NCBI GenBank assembly: GCA_963707985.1
Contig: CAVPRW010000031.1
Coordinates: 288,001 to 352,000 of the forward strand
Direction: 5' to 3'
From: an uncultured Nitrospinota bacterium
GTDB lineage: Bacteria; Tectomicrobia; Entotheonellia; J063; CAVPRW01
Length of the DNA: 64,000 nt
This document shows, piece by piece, positions 54,738-63,904 of this stretch; within the stretch, counting starts at the first letter, position 1; the number at the start of each line of letters is the position of its first letter. The notes beneath the pieces were generated by a model. The model saw nothing but the letters and a program-made list of their open reading frames with translations, was not told the DNA's origin and did no database searches. The position numbers and the translations under genes were made by a program.

Positions 54738-54872
54738 TGTCACCAAAAGTGATACTGCTGGCGAAGTCAGAAACAAGCATGATTCAAGGGCAGCATGCGC
54801 TTGTAACCTCAGTTTGCCACTCAGCTAGCCACCGCAAAAATGACTTCGCCAGCAGTATCACTCATGGTGAGA
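54738..54872. mobile_element. Second MITE of the same family
   Basis: TGTCACCAAAAGTGATACTGCTGGCGAAGTCA ... TGACTTCGCCAGCAGTATCACTCATGGTGAGA. Confidence 0.8.
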
Positions 54873-54940
54873 GGAGTGGGGGCAGACGCGGTATTATGAG
54901 AGATGGTGGCTCATGTACGGGTAGATACGTCTGATGGGAG

Positions 54941-55252
54941 ATGGACGATCGCGAGCGATCGCGACTCGCGGCCGACCAGGAGGCCGTAATGGCAGGACCA
55001 GAGAAAGACGCCCATGTCGCCTTGATGGCCGCACGCGACCCGCACGTCCGCGCCCTGCTGGACCAGGGCTTTGAATTCGTTATGAACGCGTTGAAGGCGG
55101 GCGCGGTCCCGGCGGGCATGACAGCGAAGACGGACCGGGAGCACGTGCGCAGACTGCAACAGGAGGGGTATCAGGTCGAAGTGACCGCCGGGTATGACGA
55201 GCAGGGCCATCCCCGGCCGACGCTGAGTGCCATCTGGCGGAAGAAGCGCTAG
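54941..55252 (+). CDS. Hypothetical protein
   Basis: 103-aa ORF, protein-like composition. Confidence 0.55.
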   Translation: MDDRERSRLAADQEAVMAGPEKDAHVALMAARDPHVRALLDQGFEFVMNALKAGAVPAGMTAKTDREHVRRLQQEGYQVEVTAGYDEQGHPRPTLSAIWRKKR

Positions 55253-55395
55253 CAGATGGCGGATCCCTCCTTGATGATTCCAGCCGTGAGAGCCCAGGAG
55301 GCTGACTCACCACACGTGACGGAGACTCAGGAAATGTCGGCGAGAAGGCCATACCGCAGTGGATGCATCAGAGAGGTGACGTGATGAGAGGCCCC

Positions 55396-55686
55396 ATGGC
55401 TCGAAGGCGCTTTCTTCAACAGATGACGCGTGGCCTCGGCGTCACGGTGCTCGGGAGCTCCCTCGCCTGGGGGGCGTCGGCGCCGGCCGGGCCGCTGCAG
55501 CGAAAGACCGCAAGCGGTGACCTGCTTGAAACGGTGGCAAAAGGAGAGCTCCCGTCTTTTGCCCGCAAAGGCGGGCCGAAGGTCGAGGCAGTCTACCGCT
55601 ATGCGGTGGAACACGGAGAGACGTTGCAGTATATCCCGTGCGTGTGCGGCTGCGGGGGGGTTGGCCACCGGCCACCTTTGACGTGA
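55396..55686 (+). pseudogene. PCYCGC-motif protein, C-terminally truncated
   Basis: Tat-like ARRRFLQ; YRYAVEH...LQYIPCVCGC...GH. Confidence 0.75.
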
Positions 55687-56120
55687 TTTTCAGCTTGGAT
55701 ACCTGGTGCCACATCCCACGGCGGGGCGCCTTGCTGCAGCGCTGTGCTACCCTGTTGCGTGCCGGGGGACGGCTGGCGTTCTACGACCATGTCCTCCGGC
55801 AGCCTCTACCGGAAGCGCAGCACCGGCGCTTCGGTACGTTGTGGCGGTATGCTGACCTGGAAACGCCGGCAAGTTATGCCGCGGCTGTACAGGCCGCTGG
55901 CTTGCACCTCTGTGTGCAGGACGTCACCTCTGCCGCGGCGGTGCGGTTCTACACCCGGTTCCTCACCCAGTACCGTGAGCGGCGTGCGGAGTTCGAGGCG
56001 GTGCGGGGATTTGCCCGCTATCAGGAAGGGCTCGAACGCCTGCGCATGAGCCAGCAGTTGGCAGCGGCGGGAATTCTCGGCCAAGTGGCCTATATCGCCG
56101 AGAAACCGGGCCACATCTGA
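55670..56120 (+). pseudogene. Class I SAM methyltransferase, C-terminal half
   Basis: TFDVIFSLDTWCHIP...LLRAGGRLAFYD; motif I missing. Confidence 0.75.
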
Positions 56121-56249
56121 CCAGAGACTCAAGTTTTCGACCAGTGCTCTTCCCATAAATTTTCCGGCATTTCCGGCTGGAGGGCCGAGCCGTGCACATC
56201 CCCCCTTACGCCCTTTCCTCTCGCGCCTAGGCCAAGCCCGCCGTTGTCT

Positions 56250-57016
56250 CTATGGACTGTAGCGTTCATAGAGCAGTTTGAGGAGGAGGAGCACCACCAC
56301 ACTCAGATAGATGGGGCGAACGACTCTGGCACCTCCCTTCATCACCAGGCGTGCCCCGAGCACCCCCCCAACCAGCTGACCGAGCGCCATCACGAGCCCG
56401 GCTGAAAGCCACACCGAGCCATACGCGAGAAACCACGTGAAGGCTGCCACGTTACTCGTGGCGTTCACGAGTTTCGCATACGCCGTGGCCTTCGCCAGGT
56501 TAAACCCCCGCCCGACCACAAACGCCGCCGCCCAGAGCGCTCCCGCCCCAGCGCCGATACACCCATCAAAGAACCCAAGCCCCAGGCCAGCGAGGAGATA
56601 AAACATGTGGCGTGACATCCTTGGCGGCGCATCTTCGACGCCCATCCGAGGCTGGCACACGCTAGAGAGCACGATGCCCAGAAGAACGAGCGGCAACAGG
56701 TCCTTGAGGAGCACCGGGTCAAGGCGCTCGACGGCTACCACTCCCGTCACTGCCCCCACCAACGTCCACGCTATGCCGATTCGCGCCTCGCTGAGGTCAA
56801 CCTGCCTGTGACGAACGAAGGTGTATGCCGCCGCCAGGGTGCCAACACTGGACTGGAGCATGTTGGTTCCTAAAGCCAGGTGCGGGGGAAGCCCACCGCC
56901 AGGAAGATGGGCAGCACCACCAGGCCACCCCCGCCAGTCACGGCATTGACCCAGCCGGCGACAAGGCCTGTAACCAAGAGGAGCGGGAACAACCAGAGAG
57001 CATCGAGTGTTGGCAT
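56250..57016 (-). pseudogene. TSUP/TauE-SafE family transporter, frameshift near 56885
   Basis: AGWVNAVTGGGGL in one frame; LGTNMLQ, GFFDGCIGAGAG, AKLVNATSN in another. Confidence 0.8.
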
Positions 57017-57070
57017 CACCGTCCCGATGTCGTGCCTCCTCCGGTCCAGGTGGGACCGCAGCCGTTACCG

Positions 57071-57334
57071 TTACTCCTGTCCAAGCCCAGCTGCTCTTAG
57101 CGTCTCTTCGTCAGGACCTCGCCCAGCACAGCAATCTGCCAGTTGGCCCTTGATGACCACCGCAGGCACCGAGCGGATGCCTATGCGCTTGGCCCGGCTC
57201 GCCACATCGGGTTGCTTCATATCGAGCACGGTGACCTCACAGGATGGACAGGCCACGCGGTTGACCAGCTCAATGGTGTCCTCGCATACGGGGCATCCCG
57301 CACTGAACATCTCAATCGTTCTCTTGGCGTTCAT
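57071..57334 (-). CDS. Small thioredoxin/glutaredoxin-like protein
   Basis: FSAGCPVC, GIRSVPAVVI, ADCC. Confidence 0.85.
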   Translation of the reverse strand: MNAKRTIEMFSAGCPVCEDTIELVNRVACPSCEVTVLDMKQPDVASRAKRIGIRSVPAVVIKGQLADCCAGRGPDEETLRAAGLGQE

Positions 57335-57744
57335 CGTGTAACCTCCGTGGTATCTAACGACTCAAGAATCGGGCACTCCGTGAGAGGACCCTCTCCTGAG
57401 CACTCGGTCACCAGCTTCGAGAGGGCGCTCTTCATCGCCATGAGTGAGCCAATCTTCTCGTCGATATCTTTAATTTTGGCTTCCGCATGAGCGCGCATCT
57501 CGCCGCGCTCCGCCTCAGGGGCCGCTCGGAGGGAGAGCACCTCCCGAATTTCTTTGAGAGAGAACCCAAGCTCCTGGGCACGTTTAATGAACCGCACCCG
57601 CCGCACGGCGTCTTCAGGATACAGCCGGTCATTCGAGGTGCTCCGCGGGGGGTTCGCGATAAGCCCCCGGCGCTCATCGTAACGAAGTATCTCGATATGC
57701 ACCTTCGCTCGCTCGGCAACCTCTCCAATCGTGAGTCCGTTCAC
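57331..57744 (-). CDS. MerR-family metal-responsive regulator
   Basis: LTIGEVA, RFIKRAQELGFSLKEI, CSGEGPLTECPILESL. Confidence 0.9.
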   Translation of the reverse strand: MNGLTIGEVAERAKVHIEILRYDERRGLIANPPRSTSNDRLYPEDAVRRVRFIKRAQELGFSLKEIREVLSLRAAPEAERGEMRAHAEAKIKDIDEKIGSLMAMKSALSKLVTECSGEGPLTECPILESLDTTEVTR

Positions 57745-57768
57745 GTTGTCTCTCCTCTGATCGTGAGG

Positions 57769-57800
57769 AGTCTACACCCTGGAGCTCGATACGGGGTCAA
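57769..57800 (-). promoter_or_regulatory. MerR-type promoter/operator
   Basis: TTGACC-20nt-TAGACT with dyad ACCCTGGAG..CGATACGGGGT. Confidence 0.8.
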
Positions 57801-57842
57801 GGGGAGAAGCGAAAATTTTTCGGTGAGGGTGACAAGCCGTAT

Positions 57843-58163
57843 TCAGCCTCGCGGCCAATACATGATGACCATCACACCGATGAGCGCCACACAGGCGCCG
57901 ATGAGGTCAAACCGGTCAGGGGTGACTCGGTCAACCTGCCATCCCCACAGAATCGACAGCGCGATGAACACGCCGCCATAGGCGGCATAGACGCGTCCGA
58001 AATTGGCGGGCTGCAACGTGGGGACCACACCGTAGAGCGTCAAGATGATTGCGCCAAGTGCGCCATACCAAAGACTCTTGCCCTCGCGCAACCACAGCCA
58101 GACGAGATAGCCGCCACCGATTTCACAGAGACCCGCCACGAGAAAGTACATGATGGAGAGCAT
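57843..58163 (-). CDS. ynfA: YnfA (UPF0060) membrane protein
   Basis: [30 protein letters not shown]. Confidence 0.92.
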   Translation of the reverse strand: MLSIMYFLVAGLCEIGGGYLVWLWLREGKSLWYGALGAIILTLYGVVPTLQPANFGRVYAAYGGVFIALSILWGWQVDRVTPDRFDLIGACVALIGVMVIMYWPRG

Positions 58164-58179
58164 GTGCTTCATCAGGCGG

Positions 58180-58509
58180 TCACGCGCGGAGCAGCGTTTC
58201 GAGAAACGCTGTAGGGCCTTCGGGACCGGTAATCTCCAGTCATATGGGGCCACCCTCTGGTTCTATCGCCAACACAAAGCGGAGGAAGCGGCAGCACTGC
58301 CGCTCCGTGTTTATGGTTTCAGCCGCGGCGGTGAGGAACTCGCCGGAGGCAGCAAATCGCCACCGAACGCCATTCAGGATTGGCATCCGTTCAGCCGCCT
58401 GTGCCAGCAGGCCAGGTACGAGCGTGCCGCGTCGGGCTGTCATCTCGGCTCGAGTGAGTTCACAGGCCATAGGTAGGTCACGCACATCGTGTCCTCCGCT
58501 TGTGAGCAT
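58180..58509 (-). pseudogene. Metal-operon hypothetical protein (ERxCC family) with internal TGA at 58240
   Basis: PMACEL...ERQCCRFLRF...[12 protein letters not shown]. Confidence 0.65.
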
Positions 58510-58583
58510 AGGGTTTCGCACGGGTGCTGCGCCGGGTAACCCCTTGTGCTTGCTGTCCCCGCTGTGTTCCCTTCATATGATGG

Positions 58584-59231
58584 TCACATGAGCAATCGAC
58601 TGAACGCTGCCTTTCCCACTCCGAGAGCTTCCAGCAGGCTCAGCATCGTGCCCCTCTCATGCAGACATGTCGCAAGCCATGCCTGAAGGTGTCCGTCGTC
58701 GCAGAAGAAATTCATCAGGGGGCATCGCACCTCCGCCACACAGCATCCGTCTCGCTCAGACCACCAGACCACGAGCGTCGACGGCTTGGCCTCACAGACC
58801 AAGCCGTCCTGGATATCCACGTGCACCGGCTTCTGACAAAAAAAGCACGAAGACCGAATGCGTCCCCCTTGGCCCAGCATACACGGAATACCCAGGGCAT
58901 CAATGGCACACATCGCAGAGAGCGTTCTGCCGCCTTCGATGAGCACCTGATGTGCTGTGGGAAGCCCGGAGAAGGGATACGCACTGACGATATACGCCTC
59001 GTCATCCCTCCAGACGATGAGGTCATGCCCTACAAGCGTGCGGCAGGCTTCTCGCACGGACTCAACGGCAACGCCGAGGACGTGTGCCAGCTCGTGCACC
59101 GTCGGTGCTCTCCCTTTCTCAGCAAAACCCCTGAGGATCGCTGTTCGGACGTCGTCCTCCTTGCGGCTTAACTGCGCTCTGGCAAGTCTCGCCACGATGT
59201 CGTTTCGTGTCCCTCCATGCGGCTTCGTCAT
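58584..59231 (-). CDS. merB: Organomercurial lyase MerB family
   Basis: N-terminal HTH, SAYPFSGLPTAH, MCAIDALG (C96/D99 equivalents), RCPLMNFF (C159 equivalent). Confidence 0.88.
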   Translation of the reverse strand: MTKPHGGTRNDIVARLARAQLSRKEDDVRTAILRGFAEKGRAPTVHELAHVLGVAVESVREACRTLVGHDLIVWRDDEAYIVSAYPFSGLPTAHQVLIEGGRTLSAMCAIDALGIPCMLGQGGRIRSSCFFCQKPVHVDIQDGLVCEAKPSTLVVWWSERDGCCVAEVRCPLMNFFCDDGHLQAWLATCLHERGTMLSLLEALGVGKAAFSRLLM

Positions 59232-59255
59232 GCGGCTTCCCCTCCGGCACCTACC

Positions 59256-59525
59256 CTATGGGTGTTTCCCCAGTTGCGCCTGCATCCACTCAGGGTCAAA
59301 GCCGAGCCCTACCTCCTCACCAATCACCATGGTGGGAAAAACCCAGGTGCCTTGGGCTTTCTCTATCATCTCCTCCACCTTCGCCTCATCGGCACCGGTA
59401 TCAATCTCGGTGTAACGAATGCCAGCCTCCGAAAGCCACGCTTTCGCTTGCTCGCAGAAGAGTCACCCTGGAGCCGTATAGATGATTACCAAGGGCGACG
59501 ATAGTGTGTCCTCCTGCTGCGTCAC
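59256..59525 (-). CDS. Glutaredoxin/NrdH-like selenoprotein with UxxC motif (89 aa, not in ORF track)
   Basis: GTG start; MTQQEDTLSSPLVIIYTAPG-TGA-LFCEQAKAWLSEAGIRYTEID...VFPTMVIGEEVGLGFDPE; TGA at 59463-59465; downstream hairpin. Confidence 0.8.
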
Positions 59526-59598
59526 AGTCCCCACCCCCTTTTTATTCCACTACAGAGAGCGTTGTGTATCGCAAAGCACATCGCGAGCGACGGCAGGG

Positions 59599-59630
59599 AT
59601 TTTACACCTTGCACCTAGGTTCAACGTCAA
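59599..59630 (-). promoter_or_regulatory. MerR-type promoter for the Grx-merB unit
   Basis: TTGACG-20nt-TAAAAT with dyad ACCTTGCACCTAGGTTCAACGT. Confidence 0.85.
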
Positions 59631-59675
59631 GGGGAGATGCCAGATTTTTCTCTAGGAAATAACGGTGAAGCAGTT

Positions 59676-60095
59676 TTACGGGTGTGAGGCAGAAACAGCG
59701 GTCAGTCTATCGATGACGTGGCAGTGGCCACTCCATTCCGTCTCACGGCAGCGCTTGAGGGTCGCTTTCAGCGCGCGCTGGACAAGCCGTAAATCGCTCA
59801 TCCGCTTCTCAAGGTCCGAGAGGCGGTCTTCAATGAGAGCTTGGACGTCTTCGCAGATGTCAGTCGTCCCGTCCCGGAGATGAAAGAGGGCAGCGACATC
59901 TTCGAGCGTAAACCCCGTGGCCTGCGCTGAGCGAATGAAATGCAAACGCTCCAAGGCTTCTTCGCCGTAGAGCCGGTAATTTCCAACCGTCCGCGCCTCC
60001 GGCTGGAGCAGCCCAATCCGCTCGTAATAGCGCACCGTCGACGTAGGGACGCCCGCCGCTCGTGCTAACTGACCGATGGTATAGGTCGTTTCCAT
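59676..60095 (-). CDS. MerR-family regulator with three Cys (Hg/Cd/Zn type)
   Basis: TVRYYERIGLL, DICEDV, CRETEWSGHC. Confidence 0.92.
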   Translation of the reverse strand: METTYTIGQLARAAGVPTSTVRYYERIGLLQPEARTVGNYRLYGEEALERLHFIRSAQATGFTLEDVAALFHLRDGTTDICEDVQALIEDRLSDLEKRMSDLRLVQRALKATLKRCRETEWSGHCHVIDRLTAVSASHP

Positions 60096-60254
60096 ATCTT
60101 GAGGATACGGAACCTTATAGCGAAGTTCAAGCTTGGTCTACGAACCCGTCGCACATTCGTGCCTAACGTTTGGACTCACAAGAAGCTGTTGCACCATCCG
60201 ACAGAAGACGACAGGCCCTCGCAGTCGAAGAGGAGAGGGAAGACCGTCGTCTCG

Positions 60255-62411
60255 TCACCGCGAGGTCGGTGATGAAGCTTGACCACCCGAGCCAGCGCGC
60301 AACAGGCGCGACGAGTTAAGCATAATGGCGACGTCGGGCAGGCTCTGCGCAGCGGCGGCCCAGACAGGCGGTAAGAGTCCCAGGGCGGCAAGTGCAATGC
60401 CGATCACATTATAGAGTGCTGTGAAGCCGAGATTCTGGCGGATGGTGCGAGCTGCCCGGCGGCCGATCCGGAGTGCCTCAGGCACTAAGGCCCAGTCCTC
60501 GCGCATGAGCGCCACGTCTGCGGCTTCGATGGCCACATCAGTCCCGCCTCTGCCCATCGCCATTCCGACATCGGCTTGGGCCAGCGCCGGGGCGTCGTTC
60601 ACCCCGTCGCCGACCATCATCACGACAGCCCCCTCGGCCTGGAGCGTCTTGACGACGGCGATCTTGTCCTCGGGGAGGAGGTTGGCACGGGTCTCAAGGC
60701 CCAGCTCCTTCGCGAGAGCAGCGGCCACGCGCTCATTGTCCCCCGTTAAGAGGAGCAGGTGGCGTATGCCTAAGCGCTTGAGCTCGGCTAGCGCTTCCTT
60801 CACGCCGGGACGGAGCGTATCTCCGACGGCCACCAGACCTGAAACCCCCTGGCCGTCGGCCACAAAGAACACCGTCTTCCCCTGGGCTTCGAGCGCTTGG
60901 GCTTGCATCTCTTGGGTGTACTCGAGGGTGGCGCCGTGCTCGGCAAGGAGGCGGCGGTTACCGACCGCCCAGCGATGCCCATCGAGGGTGCCGAGCAGGC
61001 CCCGACCGGGGAGCGGCGTAAATGCTTCTGGCTCCGGCGGTACCAGCTGGCGCTCAGCCGCCGCCCGGAGGATGGCTTTCGCCAAAGGGTGTTCGCTCCG
61101 CGATTCAACCCCGGAGACGGCCCGCAGCAAGTCGCGCTCGGCTAGCCCGTTAAACGCCACCACGTCGGTGACCTGCGGTGTGCCGAGGGTGAGCGTGCCG
61201 GTCTTGTCCATGACGATGGTATCGACCCGCGCGAGCTGCTCAAGGCTGCTCCCGCCCTTGATCAGGAGCCCTCGCTTCGCGGCGTTCCCGACGCTTGCAA
61301 GGACCACGACGGGAGTCGCCAGCGCAATGGCGCACGCACACGCCACGACTAGTACAGCCACCGCGTTCACCACGCGGCCAGTGATAAGGTAGGTGATGAG
61401 GGCGAGGAGCAGGACAGCTGGCAAGTAGTAGGCGGAGAAACGGTCGGCGAAGCGTTGAACGGGGGCTTTGTGTGCCTCCGTCTCCTCGACCAGGCGTACG
61501 ATACGGGCGAAGGTGGTGTCGCTTCCGACTTTCGTGGCCTGCACCTTGAGAAAGCCCGCCTGAGCGACGGTGGCGGCAAAGACAGCATCACCTGGCGCCT
61601 TCTCTACGGGCACACTCTCGCCGGTGATGGGTGCTTGGTTCACCGGAGCGTCCCCGTCGAGCACCTGGCCATCGACGGGGATGCGCTCCCCAGGCCGGAT
61701 CACGACGACATCGCCCACTCGCACGTCTGAGACGGGCACTTCACGCTCCGTGCCGTCTTCAAGCAGGTGGGCGGTTGCGGGTTGAAGAGCGGTTAATTGC
61801 CTGAGTGCCTGACGGCTTCGCTCCGTGGTCAGTTCTTCAAGCCAATCGGCAAAGCGCATGAAGAAGACGATGAGCGCGGCGGTGGTCCACTGACCAATGG
61901 CGATGGAGGCGATGACCCCGGCCGTCATCAGCGTGTGGCTGGTGACCTGGCCACGCCGTGCCGCCCGCAGCACCCCATAGAAGACGCGCCAGCCCCCGAG
62001 CAGAATGGCCAGGGCGGGGAGCCACCAGGGCAGGCGCTCAAGGACTGCATCAAAGAGGCCAAGCCGCTCCCCGAGCGCGGCGACCATGACCACTGCCGCC
62101 ACCATCCCGAGGGCACCCCAGCCGATGATCTGGAGAACGTCTTGCCGCTTGGCTTCTGGCGGCTCGGTTGTGGCCGCCTCGCGCACGGTGTAGCCGGCCT
62201 TACCAATGGCGGCCTTGATCTCATCAGGCGTGACGCGCTCTGGGTCAAAGCGCACCGTGGCGCGCTCGGCGGTCACGAGCACCTGCACGTCAGAGACACC
62301 CGGCAGGGCCCGCACGCCCTGCTCGATGTGCCGAGCACATTCGGCGCAGTCCATCCCGCCGACAGGCAGCTCAAGGGTGGTCAGGCGTGGAGAGGGTGCT
62401 GGGCGTCTCAT
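60255..62411 (-). CDS. P1B heavy-metal ATPase
   Basis: GMDCAEC HMA, TGES, TM CAC, DKTGT, SEHPLA, GDGVNDAPALA. Confidence 0.95.
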   Translation of the reverse strand: MRRPAPSPRLTTLELPVGGMDCAECARHIEQGVRALPGVSDVQVLVTAERATVRFDPERVTPDEIKAAIGKAGYTVREAATTEPPEAKRQDVLQIIGWGALGMVAAVVMVAALGERLGLFDAVLERLPWWLPALAILLGGWRVFYGVLRAARRGQVTSHTLMTAGVIASIAIGQWTTAALIVFFMRFADWLEELTTERSRQALRQLTALQPATAHLLEDGTEREVPVSDVRVGDVVVIRPGERIPVDGQVLDGDAPVNQAPITGESVPVEKAPGDAVFAATVAQAGFLKVQATKVGSDTTFARIVRLVEETEAHKAPVQRFADRFSAYYLPAVLLLALITYLITGRVVNAVAVLVVACACAIALATPVVVLASVGNAAKRGLLIKGGSSLEQLARVDTIVMDKTGTLTLGTPQVTDVVAFNGLAERDLLRAVSGVESRSEHPLAKAILRAAAERQLVPPEPEAFTPLPGRGLLGTLDGHRWAVGNRRLLAEHGATLEYTQEMQAQALEAQGKTVFFVADGQGVSGLVAVGDTLRPGVKEALAELKRLGIRHLLLLTGDNERVAAALAKELGLETRANLLPEDKIAVVKTLQAEGAVVMMVGDGVNDAPALAQADVGMAMGRGGTDVAIEAADVALMREDWALVPEALRIGRRAARTIRQNLGFTALYNVIGIALAALGLLPPVWAAAAQSLPDVAIMLNSSRLLRAGSGGQASSPTSR

Positions 62412-62848
62412 GGGTTCATTCCTTTTGGGTTCATTCCTTTTGGGTTCTTTCGGCTTTGGCGTCTCCCGCCGATGAGATAGCGCTTTTGAATGCCGACACG
62501 ACAGCGCCCGCCGTCACGAAGCTGCATGCGCGCTTCAAACCGGTGTTGATCCGCCGCGATGGCGTCGTCTGTCGCTGGGAGTATGGCCACGGCCTGGAGG
62601 AGCGCCCGGACAAACGCATGCTTTGCCGCAGCCACGGAGTAGTAGACCCAGCGTCCGTCTTTGGTGCCTTCGATGAGGCCTGCGGCCTCAAGGAGCTGGA
62701 GGTGGCGGGAGACATTGTATTGACGCTCCTCTAAGGCATCGACGAGCTCGCAGACACACATCGCCGTGTGGTTGATGAGGAGCAGTCGCATGATGCGCAG
62801 CCGGGTGTCGTCGGCCAGGGCCTTCAGGGCGTCGACGTAGGACTTCAC
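62408..62848 (-). CDS. ArsR/SmtB family repressor
   Basis: KALADDTRLRI, MCVCEL, VSRHL, DGRWVYY. Confidence 0.93.
   Translation of the reverse strand: MKSYVDALKALADDTRLRIMRLLLINHTAMCVCELVDALEERQYNVSRHLQLLEAAGLIEGTKDGRWVYYSVAAAKHAFVRALLQAVAILPATDDAIAADQHRFEARMQLRDGGRCRVGIQKRYLIGGRRQSRKNPKGMNPKGMNP
62411..62447. repeat. 15-bp tandem repeat TGGGTTCATTCCTTT x2.5
   Basis: Direct reading; encodes NPKGMNPKGMNP tail of ArsR. Confidence 0.9.
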
Positions 62849-63338
62849 AGGTTCCTCCTAAAGGGCGGATCAGAGACCGTGCGAAAAAGGAATCACCACT
62901 TCATATGCTAGTATATATGCGCAACTACGCAACTATCAAGCTAGGCCCGTCGAAAAGAGAAGCTGACCTTTGGATGAAGGGCTTTACCGCACAACTTTTG
63001 GGCGAGGCCTCCCTTCAGGAGGTGGCTGAAGGCGGTGGGGCATTTCCAGGCTCATCGTCAGATGAGGACAATCACGAGCATCGGGCCGCTGAGGACCTGA
63101 GGGGGTCAAACCGGGCCACCACTGAGTCTGTTGGGTAAGTCAAACACCCCCGAAAACCGGGCTTGTATAGAATATTGGAAGGGCACAGGGATCGCCTACA
63201 TGCCGCCGGTAGCCTTGACTCCCGTGGTGGTGGAGGGTTAGACTGCCGCGCGCTGAAGGGTTCCACGACTCGATTCGGCAATCTGATCGACGTTCGCCGA
63301 CTGCACCCGGCGAGGCTCTGCCTGCTATAGGGTAAGAT

Positions 63339-63740
63339 ATGCGTCATTCAAATGAAGAAGAAATATATGAGTTGCTGGGTCAAGATCCCTTGACTTGGCT
63401 TGAGCAAGCCGAGTTTCTCAGGATGTCGGCAGTCCCAATACTGGACAAGCTCAGAGAGGTTCTGCCTGTTCCTCAAGTATATCCTGGAGTTCGTGAGCAA
63501 AAGGTGGCGTTCATAGACTCATTTATGCTCTTGATGGGTTTGTCATTTGAGAACCTCATCAAGGGCGTTCACATTGCGAAGACACCGAGTTGGTCTATTG
63601 AGGACAGAATGAAGATCTGGAAGTCACATCGTGGAGGGCACGGCCTATCAACACTGATTAAGGGGATTGCTTCATGGTTGTGGTTAGCCTGGTCACGGAT
63701 CGTCGAGTATTATTGCACCATCAATACCTTCGCCAAATAG
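63339..63740 (+). pseudogene. AT-rich hypothetical protein, probably truncated by IS debris
   Basis: WLEQAEFL...FMLLMGLSFENLIKG...GHGL; the ORF stop lies inside a MITE. Confidence 0.5.
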
Positions 63741-63854
63741 CGAAAAGGGGCAAAAACAGAGTTTTGGTTAAATCATAACTCATTGATTTTCCAGAACTTT
63801 GAAAATCCCATTTTTAGTAAAAATAGTCAAAAATCCAAATTGGCGAAGGTATTG
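63722..63854. mobile_element. 133-bp MITE
   Basis: Perfect 15-bp TIR CAATACCTTCGCCAA, 5-bp TSD ACCAT. Confidence 0.9.
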
Positions 63855-63877
63855 ACCATGAAAAGCCACTTTTTCCC

Positions 63878-63903
63878 ACCTCAAAAAGGGCAAAAGTCGA
63901 GCT
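63878..63903 (+). repeat. IS end matching the element at 40733
   Basis: CCTC..AAAAGGGCAAAAGTCGAGCT is the reverse complement of 40733-40758. Confidence 0.75.
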
Positions 63904-63904
63904 C

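Noticed and set aside
58240..58242. In-frame TGA as a second selenocysteine
   Set aside because: Context [12 protein letters not shown] fits Trp (TGG>TGA) rather than a Cys position; treated as a nonsense mutation
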